Positions 11,209 through 21,917 of a stretch of 64,000 nucleotides of DNA are shown in pieces (position 1 is the stretch's first letter; the number at the start of each line of letters is the position of its first letter). The position numbers and the translations under genes are program-made. Origin of the DNA: an uncultured Chloroflexia bacterium (GTDB taxonomy: Bacteria > Chloroflexota > Dehalococcoidia > DSTF01 > JACRBR01); NCBI GenBank assembly GCA_963736015.1, contig CAVTNG010000009.1, positions 129,005-193,004 on the forward strand. Direction: 5' to 3'. Under the pieces are notes generated by a model. That model was not told the origin of the DNA, did not search any database, and saw nothing but the letters and a program-made list of their open reading frames with translations.

Positions 11209-11284
11209 TGGAGCCCGAGAGGGGATTCGAACCCACTAACCTACCGATTACAAATCGGTTGCGCTGCCGTTGCGCCACTCGGGC
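11209..11284 (-). tRNA. tRNA-Thr (anticodon TGT), CCA encoded
   Basis: Reverse complement GCCCGAGTGGCGCAACGGCAGCGCAACCGATTTGTAATCGGTAGGTTAGTGGGTTCGAATCCCCTCTCGGGCTCCA. Anticodon loop TTTGTAA. One U-C mismatch in the T stem. Confidence 0.8.
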
Positions 11285-11392
11285 CCGAACGCCTCCCTGC
11301 GTGTACAGGAACCCCTGACCGACGCTGGTGGGCTGAAATGTAAAAGTGCGTAACAAAAATAGGCCCCGCCACGAGGCGGGTTACGCGGCCAC

Positions 11393-11422
11393 AGTATAGG
11401 AATCCAGATTCGGGCAAGTCAA
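11393..11422 (-). promoter_or_regulatory. sigma70-like promoter candidate upstream of the tRNA-tuf block
   Basis: Minus strand TTGACT-18 nt-TATACT in an AT-rich island. Caveat: a hairpin plus T-tract (11353-11380) follows immediately. Confidence 0.3.
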
Positions 11423-11445
11423 GGAATCAGGGCTTCCCCGCAAGT

Positions 11446-11913
11446 TCACATCCCCTCGCCCCGCACCGCCCCGAAGTCCTCCGGCGCGACATCGGCCACC
11501 GACTGCGAAAACGCCCACCGATGCCCCTCCAGGTCCTCGGCCGTGTACTGTCGTTCTCCGAACGGATGCGTCTCCGGCGCATGCACGATGCGCGCGCCGA
11601 ACTCCTTCGCCCGCTCATGATGCGCGTCGATGTCATCGACGTGTACGCCGGCGATCGCGTTCATGCCTCCGCCCGCGGGCGGGCGCAGAACGGCGCTGTC
11701 TCCCCAGTTCGGGCTCTGCCCCACTCGCGACTTCCCGAGCATCACGATGCCATCGCCGGCGCCGTGATGCGCGCCCTGCGCGTCGCCCGGCGGTCCGTAC
11801 CGGAAGCGCTCCCGAAACCCGAACGCCCCGCACAGCCACGGGATCGCCTTCTCGACATCGTCGTAGTACAGCGTCGGAATCACGCCCGCCGGCCGCGATC
11901 GAGTGACAACCAT
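11446..11913 (-). CDS. VOC (glyoxalase/bleomycin-resistance/dioxygenase) family protein
   Basis: 155-aa ORF with PTLYYDDVEKAIPWLCGAFGF...VHVDDIDAHHERAKEFGARIV...ERQYTAEDLEGHRWAF. Confidence 0.75.
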   Translation of the reverse strand: MVVTRSRPAGVIPTLYYDDVEKAIPWLCGAFGFRERFRYGPPGDAQGAHHGAGDGIVMLGKSRVGQSPNWGDSAVLRPPAGGGMNAIAGVHVDDIDAHHERAKEFGARIVHAPETHPFGERQYTAEDLEGHRWAFSQSVADVAPEDFGAVRGEGM

Positions 11914-12138
11914 CCGGCGATCCTAAGCGCGCCTCAAGACCGTACGCAACCGCCAGGTGGCGCGCTCCCGCCTCCCGCCTCCCGTCTCCAGCTTCCCGCC
12001 TTCCACGGCGCGCCTTGCCTCGCCCGCGTGCGATCTGCTTCACTGCGCCCACAACGCAGATCCGGGAGAGTGCAATGAGCCGAACGTCTATTTCCGTCCA
12101 GAAGGTACTCACGACCTGTCGGAAGGACATGACGTTCG

Positions 12139-14130
12139 ATGCGCACGCTCAATCTCGGGATCCTCGCCCACGTAGACGCCGGTAAAACCACCCTCACTGA
12201 ACGCATCCTCTACGCCGCCGGCGTCATCGACGCCATCGGTAGCGTCGACGACGGCAGCACCCGGACCGATACCCTCCGCCTCGAGCGTCAGCGCGGCATC
12301 ACCATCAAGTCCGCCGTCGTCTCCTTCGTCGTCAACGGCGTCACCGTCAACCTGATCGACACTCCCGGCCACCCCGACTTCATCGCCGAGGTCGAGCGCG
12401 TGCTCGGCGTGCTCGATGGCGCCGTGCTCGTGATCTCCGCCGTCGAGGGCGTCCAGGCACAGACCCGCATCCTCATGCGCACGCTACAGCGCCTCCGCAT
12501 CCCGGCGCTCATCTTCATCAACAAGCTCGACCGCACGGGCGCCGATGCCGACTCTGTCCTGCGCGAAATCGCCGCGAAGCTCACGCCCGCCATCATCGCG
12601 ATGGGCGCCACAACGGGCCTCGGCACGCGCGCCCCGGCGTTCATGCCCTACGCCGAAGACGACACGTCCTTCAGTCAAACGCTCGGCGACGTCCTCGCCG
12701 CGAACGACGATGCGCTGCTCGCCGCATACGTCGATGAACCCGACGCCGTGCCCTACTGCCGCCTGCGCGAGGTGCTCGCCAGCCAGTCGAAGCGCGCGCT
12801 CGTGCACCCGGTGTTCCTCGGCTCAGCGATCACCGGCGCCGGCGTCCATGCGCTGATCGACGGCATCACCGAACTCCTGCCCGCCGCCGAAGGTGACGCC
12901 GCCCGTCCGCTCTCCGGCACCGTGTTCAAGGTCGAGCGCGGCCCTGCCGGCGAGAAGATCGCGTACGCCCGCATCTTCTCCGGCGCAGCGCGCGTGCGCG
13001 ATCGCATCACCTTCGGCGACGGCGGCGAGGCGAAGGTCACCGCCGTCGGCGTCTTCGAAGACGGCGGCGAAGCGCAGTGCGACCGGCACCGCCGGACAGA
13101 TCGCGAAACTCCGCGGCCTGGCCGATGTCCGCATCGGCGACGCCATCGGTGAGGGGCCCGAGCCGCGCCGGATCAGCCAGCCACTTCCCGCCGCCGACGC
13201 TCGAGACCGTCATCGTGCCCCGCCGCCGCGACGACGCGCGCGCTCTCTACGCCGCGCTCACGCACCTTGAGGAGGCGGACCCGCTGATCAACCTCCGCCA
13301 CGACGATGTCCGCCGCGAGATCTACGTCTCCCTCTACGGCGAAGTGCAGAAGGAAGTGCTGCAGGACACACTCGCCGCCGACTTCGGCGTCGAAGTCGAC
13401 TTCCGCGAGACGACGCGCCATCTGCATCGAGCGACCCGTCGGCTGCGGCGAAGCGGCCGAGTTCATCGAGCAGGCGCCTAATCCGTTCCTCGCGACCGTC
13501 GGCCTGCGCATCGAGCCCGCGGCCATCGGCGCCGGCGTCGAGTTCCGGCTCGCCCAGGACGTCCTGGGCACCATGCCCGCTGCCTTCGTGAAGGCCGTCG
13601 AGGACACGGCGCGCGAAACACTGCGGCAGGGCCTCCACGGCTGGCAGGTCACAGACTGCGGCGTGACGCTCACACACACGGGCTACTTCCCGCGCCAGAG
13701 CCACGCCCACCAGGGCTTCAGCAAGGCCATGTCCAGCACCGGCGAAGACTTCCGCAAGCTGACGCCCCTCGTCGTCATGGCCGCCCTGCGCCGCGCCGGC
13801 ACCGCCGTGTTCGAGCCGATGCACCGCTTCCACCTGGAAGTGCCGCCCGATGCCTTCGGCGCCGTCATGCCGGCGCTCGCCCGCCTTCGCGCCATCGCCG
13901 ATACACAGGAACTGCGCGGCGCCGCCTTCATGATCGAGGGCGAGATCCCCGCCGCCCGGATCCACGAGCTGCAGCAGCAGATCCCCGGCCTCACCCGCGG
14001 CGAGGGCCTGCTCGAGTCCGCCTTCGAGCGCTACGAGGCCGCTTCCGGCGAGATACCGAGACGGCCCCGCACGGACCACAACCCGCTCGACCGCAAGGAG
14101 TACCTGCTGCACGTCCTGCGACGCGTCTGA
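12139..14130 (+). pseudogene. Tet(M)/Tet(O)/OtrA-like ribosomal protection GTPase (EF-G family), three frame changes (~13078, ~13175, ~13418)
   Basis: N-terminus MRTLNLGILAHVDAGKTTLTERILY...RTDTLRLERQRGITIKS...DTPGHPDFIAEVER closely parallels TetM. Pieces lie in frames 1/2/0/1. C-terminus EGEIPAARIHELQQQIPGLTRGEG. Confidence 0.85.
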
Positions 14131-14173
14131 CGCACCGACGGATGCGCCCCCTTCAACGAAGGAGTCACCGAAC

Positions 14174-15065
14174 ATGGCGAAGATGCACGCCGATGAAGTC
14201 GATACCGATGCCGCGCTCGTCCGGCGCCTGCTCGCGGACCAGTTCCCGGACTACGCGGATCGCCGGATCACCCGCATCGAGCATCCCGGCACCGACAACG
14301 CGATCTACCGCCTCGGCGATGACCTCTGCGCGCGCCTGCCGCGCTCCGGTTCGCGAGCATCCAGCCCGCGCGCGAGCATCGCTGGCTCCCCGTCCTTGCG
14401 CCGCATCTTCCGCTCGCCATCCCCGTCCCTCTCGCGCTCGGCGAGCCCGCGCATGGCTATCCGCACCGCTGGACGATCTGCCCCTGGCTCCCCGGCCACA
14501 ACGCAACGCCCGACCGCCTCGACGATCTCACGCAGACCGCGCGCGACCTCGCTGCATTCATCGTCGCCCTTCGCGCGATCGACGCTACCGGCGCGCCGGC
14601 CCCCGGACCTACCGGCCGCGGCCTGCCTCTCGAGACGCGCGACCGCTACGTCCGCGACGCCATCGCCCGCTTGCAGGGCCAGGATGGCGTCGACGCCGAC
14701 GCAATCACACACGCATGGGACGCAGCACTCGCCGCGCCCGTGCACGATGGCCCCTCCGTCTGGATCCATGGCGACCTCCAGTCCGGCAACATCCTCGCCG
14801 TTGATGGCTCCCTCAGCGCCGTCATCGACTGGGGTTGCATGGCGGCGGGCGATCCCGCAGCCGAGCTCCGCGTCGCCTGGTCGCTGTTCTCCGGCGAAAG
14901 TCGCGCCGCGTTCCGCGTCGCCCTCAACGTCGAAACGCAGCGTGGGCGCGCGCCCGCGGTTGGGCGCTCTCATCCGTGATCGGCCTGCCCTACTACCGCC
15001 ACACGAACCCCGCGATCATCGCCACTTCTCGACACACGATCGCGGAAGCCCTCGCCGACGCGTAG
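14174..15065 (+). pseudogene. aminoglycoside phosphotransferase (APH) family kinase, two frame changes (~14350, ~14935)
   Basis: MAKMHADEVDTDAALVRRLLADQFP..., then EHRWLPVLAPHLPLAIPVP..., then VWIHGDLQSGNILAVDGSLSAVIDWG (catalytic HGDxxxxN, DWG). Length 3n+1. Confidence 0.8.
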
Positions 15066-15228
15066 CCTGGCTTCACGCTCACGCCAGCATCGCCCGCCGC
15101 ATCAACACGCCTGGCCGCACCCGCCAGCCGGTATCTCCCGATCTCGCTCCCGCTTCCCGCACCTCGTTTTCCGCGTCCCGCATCCCAATTCCCGCCCCTA
15201 CTCTCACGCGCGATTTCCCTCATCCCTA

Positions 15229-15258
15229 TTTACAAACACCCACGTTTCTGTCTAGATT
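15229..15258 (+). promoter_or_regulatory. sigma70-like promoter candidate
   Basis: TTTACA-18 nt-TAGATT in an otherwise GC-rich spacer, about 130 nt upstream of ATG 15389. Confidence 0.3.
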
Positions 15259-15388
15259 GAAGCAGGGCACGGATGCCGAGAGTGCCCGCGCAAGATTCTC
15301 CCCTCTCTTGCGAAGCCACTTTGAGCCGATATTAGGACAGGCGGCCGCGCTCGCCGAGCGCCCGGCTTGCCGATGCTCATGAGGTGTC

Positions 15389-15628
15389 ATGTCAAAGAAT
15401 CGTGGTAAGCGCCGCGGCCCGGTGAAGGACGGAATGCGTCCCTCCACCAACAACGGCAAACCCGTCGACCCGACGGCCGCGTCATCGGACCGATACCAGA
15501 AGTTCCTGCCGGAGTGGATGCGCGGCGGAGCTGCGCCGGTCGCCCGCCCGCGCCCGAAGCGCGCGCGTCAGCCGCGCCCCGCCGGCGGCTACACCCCCGG
15601 CAAACTCGCCATCACCGACTTCCACTAG
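15389..15628 (+). CDS. small basic hypothetical protein
   Basis: 79-aa ORF (MSKNRGKRRGPVKDG...). Weak GAGGTG just upstream. No family recognised. Confidence 0.35.
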   Translation: MSKNRGKRRGPVKDGMRPSTNNGKPVDPTAASSDRYQKFLPEWMRGGAAPVARPRPKRARQPRPAGGYTPGKLAITDFH

Positions 15629-15747
15629 AACGGCGCCCTTCGCCGCCAGGTCCTGCCCTCATATCGCCTCGACGAGACATCCTCTCGCGTCCCGCTTCCC
15701 GTCTCTCGCCTCCCATCTCCCCTGCCGCCCGCCGATACCATGACAAC

Positions 15748-16432
15748 ATGATCGCTGTCACGCCCGCGCGCGTTCTGTTCGCGATCGCCGTCGTTGTCGC
15801 GATCGTGCTCACGGCGGTCGCCGCGACCGGCGCGCTCATGCCCGGCGACCGTGTCATCGCCGATGCGCTGCAGGCCACGCCGGCGGATCATTCTTCGACG
15901 CCATCGCCGACTTCATCTCGCCGAGCGCTTCCAGTTCCCCATCGTCTGCATCGCCGCCGCCTACACGCTGATCCGCCGCAACTACGCGCTCGCCGCCGTC
16001 GCGCTGTTCGCGTTGGCCGCCACATATCTCAACCCGGCCGTGAAGAATCTCATCGAGCGTCCACGCCCCGGCCCTGACGACGTCATCATCCGCGAGGGCG
16101 CGCCAGGGTTCGGTTACCCGAGCGGCCACGTCTGGATCGCGACGCTCACCTTCGGCTACGCCATCGCTGTCGCATTGCGCCACGCGAGCGGCGCCGCGCG
16201 CACCGCCATCGTTGCCGCCTGCGCGGCCGCTATCGCGCTCATCGCCTGGAACCGCGTCTGGGACGGCGCCCACTGGCCCTCCGACACCCTCGGCTCCCTC
16301 ACCATCTGCGGCCCCGCCCTCGCCGCCGCCATTGCCGTCGCCACCCTTCCCTCACGACGCCACCGCCGCGATGCCGGACTCAACGCAGAGCATGCCGTCA
16401 CCCTCACCCCCCCGATGCGCGACACCGCATAG
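15748..16432 (+). pseudogene. PAP2 (phosphatidic acid phosphatase type 2) family membrane phosphatase, two frame changes (~15885, ~15925)
   Basis: MIAVTPARVLFAIAVVVAIVL (frame 1), GSFFDAIADFISP (frame 0), then ERFQFPIV...RPRPG...PSGH...HWPSD (frame 2, PAP2 motifs). Length 3n+1. Confidence 0.7.
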
Positions 16433-16489
16433 CGGACAAGAGGTGCGGGCCCGTTCGGCGGTGCCTAATCGCCCGCCGCGCATCAACCC

Positions 16490-16514
16490 ATCTGTGCCAT
16501 CTGTGTAATCTGTG
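16490..16514. repeat. three tandem 9-bp units ATCTGTGNN
   Basis: ATCTGTGcc ATCTGTGta ATCTGTGga, located 40 nt upstream of the PAC2 gene start. Confidence 0.6.
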
Positions 16515-16554
16515 GATTCCCTCGCCCCCAAACCGCCCCGTGTTACGCTGACGT

Positions 16555-17431
16555 ATGGAGATGACCAGTCCCCCTGAGCTCGACCGCCCCAACGTCATCG
16601 CCGCCTTCCAGGGCTGGAACGACGCCGGCTCGGCCACCCACCACCGCCGCCCGATACCTCGTCGAATCGTGGAAGGCCGAACTCTTCGCCCACATCGACC
16701 CGGAGGAGTACTACAGCTTCACCGACACGCGCCCGCAGATCCGCATCGTCGATGGATTGCAGCGCGAGCTGGAATGGCCGAAGAACGAGTTCTACTTCTA
16801 TAAGGGCACCGATACCGCGCCGTCCGCCGTCGTCATGATCGGCACCGAACCCAACCTCAAGTGGCGCTCCTACTGCGGCGAGGTCACGCGCTTGGCGAAG
16901 TCAGTCGGCGCGCAGCGGATGGTCACGATGGGTTCGCTCGTCACCGACGCCGTGCACACGCGGCCCGTGCCGATCACCGGCTTCAGCACCGACTCCGCTG
17001 TCCAGGCGAAGCTCGCCGCACGTAGCATCATGCGTTCGTCGTACGAGGGTCCGACGGGCATCGTCGGTGTCCTGCACGATGCCTGCCGCCGCGCCGAGTT
17101 GCCCGCCGCCAGCGTCTGGGCCGCGTCGCCGTACTACCTCGGCCAGACCCCGAACCCGAAGACCGCTCTCGGCCTCCTCGATTCACTGGATGAGGTCCTC
17201 GGCGCTCCGCCTGAACCTTACGCAGCTCCGCCGCATCAGCGATGAGTTCGAGCAGCAGGTGACGCTCGCCGTCCCGACAATAGCGAGATGCAGGAGCAGA
17301 TCCGCCCCTCCAAGAAGCGCGACGACGCCACCGGCGAGGCGCCCACGCAGTCAGGCGCCGACCTCCCGCCCGCCGGCGAGATGATCGCCGACCTCGAGCA
17401 GTTCCTGAAACAGCAGCGCGACGACACCTAG
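16555..17431 (+). pseudogene. PAC2 (proteasome assembly chaperone 2-like) family protein, three frame changes (~16635, ~17205, ~17270)
   Basis: LDRPNVIAAFQGWNDAGSA, then TTAARYLVESWKAELFAHIDPEEYY...GPTGIVGVL, then LNLTQLRRISDEFEQQV, then DNSEMQEQ...EMIADLEQFLKQQRDDT. Confidence 0.7.
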
Positions 17432-17819
17432 GCGGCGCCCGTAGCCACACCCTCGCCGTCCGTGCGCCAGCCATTTGTCGCCTTGGCGGCTACGCGTCGG
17501 CATCCTAGCCCGCATGTCAGCCCGAGCGCCCAGCGAGCGATGCAACTCTGTTGACTACAACATCCCGACGCCAGCCGCACACAGACAGAACCACCTCTCG
17601 GGGAGCGGGCCGGGCCCGCCGGGCGCGAGCACGGTAACTTGACAACCGCCCTCACCCTCGTGCGCTAGAATCGAACGGCGCTGCTCCGGCGTACCCTACC
17701 CAGGGCCCGCCCGCCGCGCAGCTTCGGAGGCCCCGCCCCGCCGAACGCAATACCCGCCTGCCGGGCCCGTTTTTCCAGTAGGGACAGCCTCGCCGCCGTC
17801 CCGCTGCTGGGGCGCCAAT

Positions 17820-20800
17820 TTGAACTCACTCCCTCGCCACCACACCTCTCGCGCGCAGCTGCTCGGCGTCCTGGCGATGCTCGTCGCCCTCATCGGCACC
17901 GCCCGCTACGCCCCGACGCCCGCCGCCGCCGCCAGCGGCGCCTGGACCGGCGACTTCTACAACAACAAGACACTCAGCAATCCCAAGGTCATCACAGTCA
18001 CCGATCCGGCCAACGCCCTCCTCGGCGCCACTCCCACGCTCGACAAGTACTGGACGGGCTCCCCCGCCTCCGGCGTCAACGCCGACAGCTTCAGCGTCCG
18101 CTGGCAGCGCACCGATACCTGGGCCGCCGGAACCTACCGCTTTACCGTCAAGACCGATGACGGCATGCGCCTTTACGTCGACAACACGAAGATCCTCGAC
18201 CAGTGGATCGACCAGCCCGTCACGACCTACTTCGTCGACTTCGCCGTCAGCGCCGGCCCGCACACCCTGAAGCTCGAGTTCTACGACGCCGTCAACGACG
18301 CCGTCGCACAGCTCACCGTGCAGGACGTCAACACGCTCCCGCCCGGCTGGAACGGCCAGTACTTCTCGAACATGACGCTCGCCGGCAGCCCGACATTCAG
18401 CCGCAACGACGGCGATGCGATCGACTTCCAGTGGAACACCGGCTCCCCCGGCGGCGGCGTCCCGGCCGATGCCTTCAGCGTGCGATGGACGCGCAGCATC
18501 ACCTTCAACGAAGGCGTGTATCAGTTCAGCACCAACAGCGACGACGGCTCACGCGTCTTCGTCGATGGCCAGCTCATCCTCAACGCATGGCAGGATCAGG
18601 CCCTCACCCTCACCACCGCCAATAAACAGATGACGGCCGGCGCCCATACCGTCGTCGTCGAGTACTTCGAGCACGCCGGCGGCGCTGAGATGCACTTCGC
18701 CTACGAATACCGCCCCGATCTCGGCGGCTTCGTTACCGAGCCCATCGTCACCGGCTTCGCCACGGCGACCGTGTTCGCCTTCGCCCCCGATGGCCGCATC
18801 TTCGTCGGCCAGAAGGACGGCACCATCCGCATCTTCAAGAACGGCGCCCTGCTCGGCACGCCCTTCTACACCATCTCCCCGGTGAACAACTACCACGACC
18901 GCGGCCTCATCGGCCTCACGCTCGACCCGAACTTCGCCTCCAACCACTACGTCTACGCGTCCTACACCTACGACCCGAACCCGATCGCCTCGAAGATCGC
19001 CGATCCGAAAAACGCCCAGGTGATCCGCGTCACCGCCAACGGCGATGTCGCCGTGCCTAACAGCAAGGTCGTCCTGCTCGGCACCGTCGTCGGCACACCG
19101 TCCACACCGTCCTGCGAAAGCCTCGACCTCGCCGCCGACTGCATCCCGTCGGACTACGACAGCCACAGCATCGGCAACCTGAAGTTCGGCCCGGACGGCA
19201 AGCTCTACGTCGCCACCGGCGATGGCGCCAGCTACGCCACCGTCGATAGCCGCGCCCTCCGCGCGCAGAACATCGACCGCCTCGCCGGCAAGATCCTGCG
19301 CGTCGACCCCGCCACCGGCCAGGGCCTCTCCGACAACCCCTTCTGGAACGGCAACGCCAACGCCACCCGCTCGAAGGTCTGGGCCTACGGCGTCCGCAAC
19401 GACTTCCGCTTCAACTTCAAGCCCGGCACGAACATCATCATCAGCGGCGAGGTCGGCTGGGATACCTGGGAGGAGCTCAACGTCGTCACCGCCGGCGAGA
19501 ACCTCGGCTGGCCCTGCTACGAGGGCGTCGATGAGCAGCCCGGCTACGCCGCCTTCACTCAATGCCAGTCCCTGTACTCCGCCGGTGGCGTCACCGCCCC
19601 GCTGTACCAGTGGGACCATTCCGCGGGCACGGCCGCCGCCGTCGGCGGCGCCTTCACCGGCACAAACGGATACAGCTCCGCCTACCAGAACGCCTACTTC
19701 TTTGGCGACTACGCCGTGAACCGGATCAGCGCCGCCAAGCTCGACGCCTCCAACAACATCATCCCCGGCAGCCTGCTCACCTTTACGACGGCGGCCGACG
19801 GCCCCGTCGATATCGAGATCGGCCCCGAAGGCGATGTCTATTACCTGGCGATCAACGCCAACGAGATCCGCCGCATCCACTTCGTCGGTGACAACCGTCC
19901 GCCCATCGCCGCCGGAACCGCCTCGCCGTCCGCCGGCCTCACACCGCTCACCGTGAACTTCAACGGCACCGCCTCGAGCGATCCCGATGCCGGGCAGGCC
20001 ATCACCTACGACTGGAACTTTGGCGATGGCAGCGCCCACGCGACGACGGCAACGACCTCGCACCAGTACAACACCATCGGCACCTACACCGCCGTCACTG
20101 ACCGTCACCGATCCGTTCTTCCTCACCGATACGAAGACGTTCCAGATCCAGGCCGGCAACACGCCGCCGAACGCCACGATCACGTCCCCGGCGAACGGCG
20201 GCCACTACGATATCGGCGACATGATCTCCTTCTCCGGCACCGCGAGCGATGCGCAGGACGCCAGCATCCCGCCGTCGAGCATGGCCTGGAGCGTCATCCT
20301 CAACCACTGCTCCGACGCCACGTACACGATCTGTCACACGCACCCGCATCTCACCATGACCGGCACCGGCGGTTCGTTCTCGGCCGATGACCACGGCGAC
20401 TTCACCAACTTCGACATCTTCCTCACCGTCACCGACAGCGGCGGGCCTCACTACGACGAAGCAGGTGAACATCACGCCCAACCGCGTCAACCTCAACTTC
20501 GCCTCCAATATCGCCGGCATCAACATCACCGTCGATAGCGGCAGCGAGACCGTGCCCTTCACGCACAGCGTCCCGCGTAAGTCCGTGCACGTGATCTGTG
20601 CGCCATCACCCCAGACCGTCGGTGCCAACACCTACTTCTTCACCGGCTGGTCCGATGGTGGCGCCGGCTGTCCGTCCGGTGAGCCCCTCCACCGCGTCAC
20701 CGCCGACGTGAACAAGACGCTCACCGCCACCTTCGCTCTGCCCACGCCGACGCCCACGAGTACGCCGACGTTCACGAGCACGCCGACGCCGACGCGCACG

Positions 20801-21801
20801 CCGACACCGACCCGCACCAACACGCCGACAGCCACACACACGCCGTCGCCCACGGCCACGAGCACGCCCACCCTGCCCGACGCCGATAGCGATGGCATGC
20901 CCGACGCGTTCGAGGCGGCCCACCCGTGCCTCAACGCCGCCGTCAACGACGCCGGGCTGGACCCGGACGTCGATACCGTCACCAATCTCGCCGAGTACGG
21001 AAACGGCACGAACCCGTGCGCTGCCGACACCGACGGCGACGGCTTCAAGGACAAGCCCGCGACGCTGCATCTCGCCGTCAACGCCGATACCGCCGTCGAT
21101 AACTGCCCGCTCGTCGCCAACGCCGGCCAGCAGAACTCCGATGCCGTGATCGACAACGGCCCGGACATCGTCGCGCCGGACGTCACCGTGGCCAGGAGCG
21201 ACGCGCTCGGCGATGCCTGCGATCCCGACGTCGACAACGACGGCCTGCCCAACGCCGAGGACATCGAGCCCCTCGGCGCCACCGGCATCTGCGCCGCCTT
21301 CGCGGGGGAGTCCGACGGACACCCCTTCCCCGCCGGCGGCGACATCACCAGCGACGACAACGCCGACGGAGACTCCGCGCCGCCCCTCGGAACCGACGCC
21401 GCCGACAACGGCCCATCATGGGACACCGACAACGACGGCGTGCTCGATGGTGTCGAGTGTCAACTCGGCACCAACCCCCGAAACGCCGCCTCGCGCCCAT
21501 CGAGCGCGCAGTGCGGCGGCGCCGTGGACGCCGATGGAGATCTTCTCCGGCCTCAACCGAGACATGCAAGTGGGGGACGTCCGACTCCAGCACCGACAGC
21601 GATGGTGACGGCATCGCCGACTGCGTCGAGGTGAATGACCTGGACGGTAATGGCGTGCAGAATTTCCCGGGCGACACAATAAAAATTGCCAATGCCACGG
21701 CGGGAAACGCCGCGAAGTCCCTGGACTTCGATCTCAACGGCGATGGCATCGTGAACTTCCCCGGAGACGCGGTCCTTTCCGCCAAGATCGCGCTGCGGTA
21801 A
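17820..21801 (+). pseudogene. ~1327-aa secreted multidomain protein: signal peptide, 2x PA14, PQQ/glucose-sorbosone dehydrogenase-like beta-propeller, PKD-like, PT linker, TSP3 repeats, dockerin-like tail; three frame changes (~20096, ~20445, ~21548)
   Basis: TTG start and hydrophobic leader LLGVLAMLVALIG. PA14-like GDFYNN...FSVRW twice. Propeller segment PDGRIFVGQKDGTIRIF. PT-rich 20738-20877. Tail DLDGNGVQNFPGD...DLNGDGIVNFPGD. Confidence 0.8.
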
Positions 21802-21917
21802 CACTTGCTCGTAGACGCGTTGCCTCTCATGTGCTTTACGTCGCCCCGCCATGCGCGTATGCTCTGCGCTGTTAGCCCCGCACGTCGCCCGCTAGGCCGC
21901 CAGGATCGGAGATAACG

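Noticed and set aside
11209-11284. Reading the second tRNA as tRNA-Tyr (GTA), as expected from the E. coli thrU-tyrU-glyT-thrT order
   Set aside because: With the ACCGA/TCGGT anticodon stem, the 7-nt loop is TTTGTAA, so positions 34-36 are TGT (Thr). The molecule is 76 nt and lacks the long variable arm of bacterial tRNA-Tyr.
11285-15065. tRNA-targeted genomic island carrying the resistance genes
   Set aside because: The genes lie on the 5' side of the tRNAs. There is no integrase and no direct repeat of a tRNA 3' end. The clustering is reported only as a gene-content observation.
17639-17671. TTGACA ... TAGAAT promoter upstream of the large secreted protein gene
   Set aside because: Both hexamers are excellent, but the spacer is 21 nt, outside the functional 15-19 nt range. 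Not reported as a feature.
20738-20877. Highly repetitive ACGCCGAC-type sequence that could be mistaken for a CRISPR or tandem repeat array
   Set aside because: It is in frame inside the large secreted protein and encodes a Pro/Thr linker (PTPTPTSTPTFTSTPTPTRTPTPTRTNTPT...). It has no spacer/repeat periodicity of CRISPR type. No CRISPR array was seen anywhere in the window.
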